From: Gammaproteobacteria bacterium
Lineage (GTDB): Bacteria > Pseudomonadota > Gammaproteobacteria > CBDBNL01 > JAAOII01
Direction: 5' to 3'
DNA: 64,000 nt
Assembly (NCBI GenBank): GCA_965207945.1
Contig: OZ242303.1
Span: 61,199-125,198 of the forward strand
Below are positions 57,196 to 64,000 of this stretch, piece after piece. The notes under the pieces were generated by a model. The model was not told the origin of the DNA. It saw nothing but the letters and a program-made list of their open reading frames with translations, and made no database searches. Position 1 is the first letter of the stretch; each line of letters begins with the position of its first letter. The position numbers and the translations under genes are program-made.

Positions 57196-59907
57196 ATGCA
57201 AGCAGGGGGGATTAAAACCGGGGGGATTAAAATAGAGAGGATTAAAATAAAGATTATTAAAACAAGAGCTGTGATAGTGTTTTTGTTGTTGGCGGTTCTG
57301 TTGATGACAGCGCTGTTTAGTGGCTGCAGTTCCAGTGTCAACTCAAATAGTAGCGATACTACACAGAATCCAGAGCAGAGTCGCGGGGAAAGCAGAGAAG
57401 AACTGGGAGAAGAATCTGGAGCAGTAGAACAACCAAATTCAAGCCCAATTTCAAGAGGAGTAATAAATAATGAATATAGCCCAGGCAGTGGCCGTCTTAT
57501 TGTTAAGTTGGATATTCTTGATAACTTAATTAGTTATGAGTCGGTATCGTTTGCGCGAGTCCATATAACTCCGCTTGACATTGATGCTGCGCTGGGCATA
57601 GATGCTGTGCAGGGCATTGATGTTTCGCTTGGCATAGATGCTGTGCAGGGCATTGATGTTTCGCTTGGCATAGATGTTGCGCTTCGTGTGGGCGATGAAA
57701 GCGCTCGTCTGGACTTTGGCTATGTTGCTTTTGGACGCTACTTCCTCAATGCGACAATCTATCATAGCAACGGCAACGCTCTTGCTTATAGTGAATTACT
57801 GATTGATGCAACAGACCCCAGTTTAGCGGAATATACAGCAACGCTCGTTTTTGATTCATCTTCGGCTTTGTTTCGTCTGGTAACTCTGCCACTTGTTTTC
57901 AATGATTATGATAATGATGGACTACTGGATGTTTGGCATCCCGCCTACCTTGCGGTAATTGCTAGCGACTTAGATGGCAATTATGAATTGACGGCAGATT
58001 TGGATTTATCCTCCTATTCTAACTGGCAGCCACTGGGCAGTGAAGATCAGCCCTTTAGAGGAACTTTTGTTGGCAATGGTCATCGCCTCAGTGGTTTATC
58101 CAGCAAGGGATATATGAATGCCGGCTTATTCGGTGTTGTGGAAGGAGCAAGCATAACAGACCTAATAGTTGAGGCGTGGCAGATTAGTTCCTTGGACTAT
58201 GATAACTCCAATGCAGGCGCTATTGCGGGGTTAGCCCGTTCCAGCACTTTTGCAAATATCACAGTTGTGATGAGTTCTTATGACGATGAATTATCTTATA
58301 TAACTGCGGTTTCTCAAGATGATACCGTTAGTGCAGGCGGTTTGTTTGGTCGCTTCAGAAATAGCACTATAGCTAACGCAAAGATTATGGCAGCAGGACT
58401 AATATCAGGAATTTCATCAAAAGTTGAAGGTTCTGCCAAAGTTTATGTAGGCGGCTTGGCAGGATATGTTTATAGGGGTAGTGATATCATAAATGCTGAG
58501 GTTATGGGTAAAGTGGATGTACAGGCAGGCGGTATCTTTGGAAATTCAACGGGCGATTATAAATCTGGCGGACTGATAGGGAGAATTAGTCGTAGCCGAC
58601 TTAGAGAGACAAAAATTATGCTTAGCGGAAACATAACAACTCATAATGGAGATTATCTAACATCTGGCGGCGCGATGGCTAAATGCGGGAGTTCTTCTGT
58701 AGTTGATATGGATATTGTTATTGTTGGCAATATACTGGCGGAAAATCCCACCATTAAAGATAGCGTCCTTGCCGCTGGAGTTATTGGTGAGAACAGTAAT
58801 TGTAGTATAAATAATGTAACGGCAGAAATATTTGGTTCAATAAGAGCCACCTCCACTTATGCTAAGTATGCGTTTTCTGGAGGGGTACAGGCAGGAGGGG
58901 AAAATAAATACGTTACTGATGTAACTCAAATTAGTGATATTATGGTTACAGTTCATGGTGATGTGCTTTCTTCAGGAAAGAAATGCGCTTCTGGGGGTTT
59001 GGGAGGAAACCAGAATAACAACATTAATATAAATAATTCGTCTGTAACTATTTATGGCGATATAATTGCTGGAAATCTTATAGAGGGAGACACTTATTTT
59101 ACTTGTAGTGGTGGAGGAATATTCGGCTCATTAAGTGGAGGAGTTATTAATAATTCTTATGCCATAGTTAATGGGGATGTTCGCTCTTATGCTAATGGAA
59201 GAACTTCTAAGGCGGGAGGCATGGTGGGCGTTAATATCTATCCATTAGAGATTATGAATTCTTATGCATTGATTAAAGGTAATTTAGATGCTACTGCATT
59301 TATTAAGCCAGTTTATGTTGGTGGCTTTGTTGGCAACTCTTATGGTTCACTATTTGTAGAGCGCAATGATTATGTCTCGTCGTTAGGCGTTCGTGATTCT
59401 TATGTTCAGGTTTTAGGCAATATGACCCTGCGGAGTATTTTGCCCGAGGATAATGCCCTCTCTTATGGCGGCAACTTTATTGGTGTAGGACAGACAAGCA
59501 TTTTCACCAACACTTATGCTTTTGTTGGTGGCACGATATCAGCTATTATTGATTCCACACCAGCCACTTTTGGCGGTATCCAGGGGCGTATTATAGATGG
59601 GAGTTTCGTAAAGGCGGCACGCGATGAACTACATAATATTTCATTAACCTCATCCTATTATAGGGGGGAGAGAGATCTAAGTGAGGATAACTTTAATAGC
59701 GCTGATGCTGACGGGGATGCAGTTTCTGCAGCGCGTAGTGATTTGCAACTGCGTTGTCCGCAAGCAGCGGGACAAAACTGCGGCGGACCTGTAATGCCTG
59801 GCAATCCGCAAACTTATGTCGGTTGGGATGAGAGCGTATGGAACTTTGGTACGCCAGACGAGCTTCCCAGATTACGTATTTTTTCAAACATTAATATATT
59901 GAATTAA
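57196..59907 (+). CDS. P7: GLUG-repeat surface lipoprotein (903 aa), paralog of P4.
   Basis: It has the same conserved blocks, 4 N-terminal pentapeptide repeats, and an internal 36-bp x2 repeat (GIDAVQGIDVSL). Confidence 0.8.
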   Translation: MQAGGIKTGGIKIERIKIKIIKTRAVIVFLLLAVLLMTALFSGCSSSVNSNSSDTTQNPEQSRGESREELGEESGAVEQPNSSPISRGVINNEYSPGSGRLIVKLDILDNLISYESVSFARVHITPLDIDAALGIDAVQGIDVSLGIDAVQGIDVSLGIDVALRVGDESARLDFGYVAFGRYFLNATIYHSNGNALAYSELLIDATDPSLAEYTATLVFDSSSALFRLVTLPLVFNDYDNDGLLDVWHPAYLAVIASDLDGNYELTADLDLSSYSNWQPLGSEDQPFRGTFVGNGHRLSGLSSKGYMNAGLFGVVEGASITDLIVEAWQISSLDYDNSNAGAIAGLARSSTFANITVVMSSYDDELSYITAVSQDDTVSAGGLFGRFRNSTIANAKIMAAGLISGISSKVEGSAKVYVGGLAGYVYRGSDIINAEVMGKVDVQAGGIFGNSTGDYKSGGLIGRISRSRLRETKIMLSGNITTHNGDYLTSGGAMAKCGSSSVVDMDIVIVGNILAENPTIKDSVLAAGVIGENSNCSINNVTAEIFGSIRATSTYAKYAFSGGVQAGGENKYVTDVTQISDIMVTVHGDVLSSGKKCASGGLGGNQNNNININNSSVTIYGDIIAGNLIEGDTYFTCSGGGIFGSLSGGVINNSYAIVNGDVRSYANGRTSKAGGMVGVNIYPLEIMNSYALIKGNLDATAFIKPVYVGGFVGNSYGSLFVERNDYVSSLGVRDSYVQVLGNMTLRSILPEDNALSYGGNFIGVGQTSIFTNTYAFVGGTISAIIDSTPATFGGIQGRIIDGSFVKAARDELHNISLTSSYYRGERDLSEDNFNSADADGDAVSAARSDLQLRCPQAAGQNCGGPVMPGNPQTYVGWDESVWNFGTPDELPRLRIFSNINILN
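57580..57690 (+). repeat. Internal 18/36-bp in-frame repeats in P7 (GIDAVQ GIDVSL x2 plus flanking LGIDAA/LGIDVAL units).
   Basis: ggcatagatgctgtgcagggcattgatgtttcgctt is duplicated exactly. Confidence 0.8.
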
Positions 59908-59945
59908 TATATTGAATTAATATAATTAAAAGAGAGAATAAATTT

Positions 59946-62678
59946 ATGCGAGCCGGGGGGATTAAAACAAAGGGGATTAAAACAAAGGGGGATAAAACAG
60001 AGATGATTAAAACAGGGGGGATTAAAATAAAGGGGGCTATTATAGCTGCCTTGTTGCTGGCAGCGCTGTTTAGCGGCTGCAGTTCCAGTGTCAACTCAAA
60101 CAGTAGCGATCCGCCACAGAACCCAGAGCAGAGTCGCGGGGAAGGCAGGGAAGAACTGGGAGCAGAATCTGGAGCAGTGGAACAACCAAATTCAAGAGGA
60201 GCGATAAACAATGAATATAGTCCGGGCAATGGGCGTCTTATTGTTAAGTTGGAGATACTTGATAACTTAATTAGTTATGAGTCGGTATCGTTTGTGCGAG
60301 TAGATATAACTCCTCAGAGCATAGATGCTGTGCAGGGCATTGATGCCTCGCTTAGCATTGATGTTGCGCTTCGCGTGGGGGATGAGAGTGCCCGTCTGGA
60401 TTTCGGCTATGTCGCTTTTGGACGCTACCTCCTTAATGGGACAATCTATCATGGCAACGGCAACGCTCTTGCTTATAGTGAATTGCTTATTGATGTTGGT
60501 TTGGAGGACGACCCCCAGATGGACAACATCCAAATCGGCGTCGCCCAAACGGGAGAAACAGAAATACCAATAGAATATATTCGCCCGAATACTGATGCAA
60601 CAGATCCCGCTTTAGCAGAGTATACAGCCACGCTCGTTTTTGACTCATCTTCTGCTTTGTTTCGTTTTGCAACTCTGCCACTTATTTTCACTGATGATGA
60701 TAATGATGGACTACTGGATGTTTGGCATCCCGCCTACCTTGCAGCAATTGATGGCGACTTAGATGACAGTTATGAATTGACGGCAGATTTGGATTTATCC
60801 TCCTGGGGCAACTGGCAGCCACTGGGTGATGATGCACAGCCCTTTAGAGGAATTCTTATCGGCAATGGTCATCGTATCAGCGGTCTCTCCAGTAAGGGGT
60901 ATAGCAGCGCTGGCTTATTCGGTGTTGTGGAAGGAGCGAGCATAACAGACCTGATAGTTGAGGCGAGGCATATTAATGCATCGGGCGGGTATTTAAATGA
61001 AATTTTAAACAATGCTAGTTTTGCGGGAGCTGTTGCGGGGCTTGCTCGTTCCAGCACTTTTGCGAACATCACAGTTGTGATGAGTTCTTATGACGATGAA
61101 TCGCCCTACATAACCGCATTTTCTCAGGATGGTGTATCTCATGCCGGCGGTTTAGTTGGTCGTGCCAGCAATAGCACCATAGCCAATACAACGATTGCGG
61201 CAAGCGGCATAATATCAGTTACCTCTTGGGGGGATAACTTTTATTTAGAATCTTATGCTGGTGGACTTGCGGGGTTGGTTGATGAGGGCAGTAGAATTAT
61301 GAATATTACGGTTACCGGGGAAGTTGATGTGCTAGCAAATGGTATAAGTGAAGCATCACCAGGCGACCGTATCTCAGGCGGCTTAATAGGGGTGATAGAT
61401 GAAAGCCAAATTAGCGCAGCAAGGGTTATGATTAGCGGAAATATAAAAACTGATAATGGTGAATATTTATCATCTGGTGGTGGAATGGGTTCTTGTGGCA
61501 GTTCTTCTATTACTGACGTGAATATTGTTATTGTCGGAAATATACTGGCGGATAATTTTGTATCTGGTGATACCTTAGCTTCTGGCGGAGCTATTGGCGG
61601 GATTAGCAGTTGCACCATAACCGATATAAAGGTAGAAATATTTGGTTCAATAAGAACTATCACTGATTATTATGCTTATGCCTTTTCTGGGGGGCTATAT
61701 GGATACATTGTTGATGGTTCTCAAATTAGTAATATCAAGGTTACAGTTCATGGTGATGTATTTTCTTCTGGAGGGGAATGCGCTTCCGGGGGGATGGGGG
61801 GATACCAGGGTAGCAATATCAATATGAATAATTTGTCCGCAACTATTTATGGCGATATAATTGCTGGGGAGTTTATAGAGAACGATATTATTATTGCCTG
61901 TAATGGTGGGGGGATGCTTGGTGAATCACGAGGAGGCGTTATTAATAGTTCGTCCGCCATAGTTAAAGGAGATGTTCTATCTTATTCTAACGGGGATTCT
62001 GCTGAGGCAGGAGGAATGGTGGGACGCAATACAGCCCCATTGGAGATTATGAACTCTTATGCATTGATTACTGGAGATTTAGTTGCTACTTCATTTCTTG
62101 CATCTTCTTATGCTGGTGGTTTTATTAGCAGCTCTTATAGTCGGACTGGTATAACGAGGAATAATCTTCTTTTTAATAGGGATTCTATAGTAACGGTAGG
62201 CAATTCTTATGTTCATATTTTAGGCAATATAACCTTGCGCAGTATTTTGCCTGAGGATGACGCTGTCTCTTCTGGCGGCAATTTCATTGGCAGAGGACGG
62301 CTAAGCAGTTTTACTAATACTTATGTTTTTGTTGGCGGCACTATATCAGCCATTCGCGATTCCTTGCCAGCTATCTTTGGCGGTTCTTGGGGGACGATAG
62401 GAGGGGTTGCAGTTGACTCTTACAATATCACGCTAACCTCATCCCATTATAGGGGCGAGAGGGAGCTAAGCGAGGATGACTTTAATAGCGCTGATGCTGC
62501 TGGAGATGAAATTGCTGCGGCACGTAGTGATTTGCAACTGCGTTGTCCGCAAGCGGCAGGACAAAATTGCGGCGGAGATATAACTCCAGGCAATCCGCAA
62601 ACTTATGTCGGTTGGGATGAAAAGATATGGGATTTTGGCACGGTAGACGATCTGCCCAGATTAAGAATTTTTCAATAA
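59946..62678 (+). CDS. P8: GLUG-repeat surface lipoprotein (910 aa), paralog of P4.
   Basis: It has the same conserved blocks and 5 N-terminal pentapeptide repeats (GIKTK GIKTK GDKTE MIKTG GIKIK). Confidence 0.8.
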   Translation: MRAGGIKTKGIKTKGDKTEMIKTGGIKIKGAIIAALLLAALFSGCSSSVNSNSSDPPQNPEQSRGEGREELGAESGAVEQPNSRGAINNEYSPGNGRLIVKLEILDNLISYESVSFVRVDITPQSIDAVQGIDASLSIDVALRVGDESARLDFGYVAFGRYLLNGTIYHGNGNALAYSELLIDVGLEDDPQMDNIQIGVAQTGETEIPIEYIRPNTDATDPALAEYTATLVFDSSSALFRFATLPLIFTDDDNDGLLDVWHPAYLAAIDGDLDDSYELTADLDLSSWGNWQPLGDDAQPFRGILIGNGHRISGLSSKGYSSAGLFGVVEGASITDLIVEARHINASGGYLNEILNNASFAGAVAGLARSSTFANITVVMSSYDDESPYITAFSQDGVSHAGGLVGRASNSTIANTTIAASGIISVTSWGDNFYLESYAGGLAGLVDEGSRIMNITVTGEVDVLANGISEASPGDRISGGLIGVIDESQISAARVMISGNIKTDNGEYLSSGGGMGSCGSSSITDVNIVIVGNILADNFVSGDTLASGGAIGGISSCTITDIKVEIFGSIRTITDYYAYAFSGGLYGYIVDGSQISNIKVTVHGDVFSSGGECASGGMGGYQGSNINMNNLSATIYGDIIAGEFIENDIIIACNGGGMLGESRGGVINSSSAIVKGDVLSYSNGDSAEAGGMVGRNTAPLEIMNSYALITGDLVATSFLASSYAGGFISSSYSRTGITRNNLLFNRDSIVTVGNSYVHILGNITLRSILPEDDAVSSGGNFIGRGRLSSFTNTYVFVGGTISAIRDSLPAIFGGSWGTIGGVAVDSYNITLTSSHYRGERELSEDDFNSADAAGDEIAAARSDLQLRCPQAAGQNCGGDITPGNPQTYVGWDEKIWDFGTVDDLPRLRIFQ

Positions 62679-62723
62679 TATTGATATTATTGTATTAATA
62701 TAATCAATGGAGAGGATTAATTT

Positions 62724-64000
62724 ATGAAGTGGGGGCTTCTTATATCTGCGCTATTATTGGCTATGGCTACGACTAGCTGTAACAGAACTGAATATGTGAA
62801 TGATAGACAATTAGAGAATGAGCAAGGCATAGAACAACCGGTAGAAGAACAACCGGTAGAAGAACAACCGGGAGAAGAACAACCACCGAAGGAAGAAAAA
62901 CCACCGAAGGAAGAAAAACCACCGAAGGAAAAACCACCGAAGGAAGAAAAACCACCGAAGGAAGAAAAACCACCAAAGGAAAAACCACCAAAGGAAAAAC
63001 AACCGAAGGAAAAACAACCGAAGGAAGAACCACCGAAAGAAAAAAAACCGAAGGAAAAACCACCGAAAGAAAAAAAACCGAAAGATAAATGCCTGGATGT
63101 GGGAACAACAGATAAAGATAAAAATTTAAATAGCACATTAATTGATGGCGATGGAAACGGCTTATTGGATATTTGGAATCATCTGCAGCTTGCTGCAGTT
63201 TCCCATAATCTTACTGGTAATTATGAGTTGAAAAATCATATATCTTTATCGTCTTGCGCCAACGCTAACTGGCAGCCGTTAGGTAATGACACTATTCCAT
63301 TTAGTGGTGTCCTTGTTGGCAACGACTATGGCATAAGCAACTTAGTTAGCAAGGGCTATCGCAGCGGTGGATTATTTGGAGTTATACAAGATGCGACAAT
63401 AAGTAATCTCATAATTGATGTAAAGCATATTAACTCAACCCAATATTCTGGCTCTCTTACGGGGTTGGCTAATTCTGGTGTGCTTGAGAATATTACAGTT
63501 CGCCTGCTTTCTTCCACAGATGAGATGCCTCATATAACGGCGGTTGCTTCATCTGGCGTGGCGAATGCTGGTGGTTTAATTGGCGGAGCTAACAATATCA
63601 TCATCAATAACGCAACAATTATAGCGGCAGATAGCACAATCTCTGCTTATGCTATTGATAATAACACATCAAAAGAAGCGTATGCTGGCGGATTGGTGGG
63701 GATGCTTAACCGCGGCACTGTAACCAATACCGCGGTCATGGGTGAAGTTAATGTACTGGCGTACGCGTTAGAGTATTCAGTTTCTAAAGCCCATGCTGGT
63801 GGTTTAGTAGGAGACGTAAGAAGAAGCAAGTTAATAGATACCCGAATTGAGATTAGTGGAGATGTAATAAGTAGTAGCAAAGATTTAGTGTCGTCTGGCG
63901 GGGTGGTGGGAAATTGTTTTCATTCCCCCTTTGATGGCATGGATATAATTTTCAAAGGGAGTGTATTAGTAGTGGAGCAGAAATATTCTAATATAGCTGC
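62724..64000 (+). CDS. P9: GLUG-repeat surface lipoprotein, 3'-partial (runs off the window), with a Pro/Lys/Glu-rich (PKEEK) linker.
   Basis: An ATG at 62724 follows GGAGGATTAATTT and the lipobox is ATTSC. The (E)EQPVEEQP…PPKEEKPPKEEK… repeats are followed by DGDGNGLLDIWNHLQLAAV…NWQPLGNDTIPFSGVLVGN…GGLIG/GGLVG repeats. The ORF track omits it because no stop occurs before the window ends. Confidence 0.75.
   Translation, partial: MKWGLLISALLLAMATTSCNRTEYVNDRQLENEQGIEQPVEEQPVEEQPGEEQPPKEEKPPKEEKPPKEKPPKEEKPPKEEKPPKEKPPKEKQPKEKQPKEEPPKEKKPKEKPPKEKKPKDKCLDVGTTDKDKNLNSTLIDGDGNGLLDIWNHLQLAAVSHNLTGNYELKNHISLSSCANANWQPLGNDTIPFSGVLVGNDYGISNLVSKGYRSGGLFGVIQDATISNLIIDVKHINSTQYSGSLTGLANSGVLENITVRLLSSTDEMPHITAVASSGVANAGGLIGGANNIIINNATIIAADSTISAYAIDNNTSKEAYAGGLVGMLNRGTVTNTAVMGEVNVLAYALEYSVSKAHAGGLVGDVRRSKLIDTRIEISGDVISSSKDLVSSGGVVGNCFHSPFDGMDIIFKGSVLVVEQKYSNIA
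62832..63085 (+). repeat. Coding microsatellite-like repeats of 12-18-bp units encoding EEQPV/PPKEEK/KPPKEK in the P9 N-terminal linker.
   Basis: aaccggtagaagaac, ccaccgaaggaagaaaaa and ccaccgaaggaaaaa units recur directly in the sequence. Confidence 0.85.

Noticed and set aside
62717-63138. Three minus-strand ORFs with FSFGG / VVFPS repeat translations.
   Set aside because: They are antisense frames of the PKEEK-encoding microsatellite in P9. The plus-strand gene has the ribosome-binding site, the lipobox and the downstream GLUG module.

Overview
This window appears to be chromosomal DNA from a low-GC gammaproteobacterium with Legionellales-like gene content. I cannot name the species from the sequence alone. 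The gene order resembles E. coli in several places (rpoD followed by a CAU tRNA; pdxA-rsmA-apaG-apaH; cmk-rpsA-lapA). Housekeeping genes identified are hemF (5' partial), tsaC, guaB, rpoD, purL, argC, apaH, apaG, rsmA, pdxA, a TroABCD/ZnuABC-like metal importer with an MntR/DtxR-family regulator, rpsA, cmk, a tyrA-aroA fusion, pheA, cytochrome bc1 (petABC), hisD and an SDR oxidoreductase. Two tRNAs are present: a CAU-anticodon tRNA after rpoD and tRNA-Leu(CAA).

Three things stand out.

1. A ~5.6-kb AT-rich accessory island lies between purL and argC (about 11.5-17.1 kb). It encodes a GIY-YIG nuclease, a DndB-like DGQHR protein, a DndC/SspD/IbrA-like PAPS-reductase-family PP-loop protein carrying a Cys cluster, and a DUF262/DUF1524 (GmrSD/SspE-like) nuclease. 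The known partners DndA/D/E and SspA/C are absent. I read this as a compact, probably undescribed DNA modification-plus-restriction defence module related to, but distinct from, the Dnd and Ssp phosphorothioation systems.

2. At least nine co-directional tandem paralogous genes for large GLUG-like beta-helix repeat lipoproteins occupy 40.6 kb to beyond 64 kb. Five of them (P4-P8, about 900 aa each) have near-identical 5' and 3' ends and divergent cores. The n-region of their signal peptides carries a copy-number-variable 15-bp (pentapeptide GIKT[K/E/G]) repeat, present in 1, 2, 5, 4 and 5 copies. Further in-frame 15/18/36-bp repeats sit inside the genes. This pattern suggests a surface-variation family.

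3. Conserved housekeeping proteins carry unusual low-complexity insertions or extensions. RpoD has a ~250-aa histone-H1-like Lys/Ala-rich N-terminal domain. RpsA has a ~110-aa acidic C-terminal tail. PurL contains an in-frame 45-bp x4 tandem repeat. PdxA has a Ser/Thr/Pro-rich insert and RsmA has extra inserts.

I recognised no transposase, integrase, CRISPR array or rRNA.
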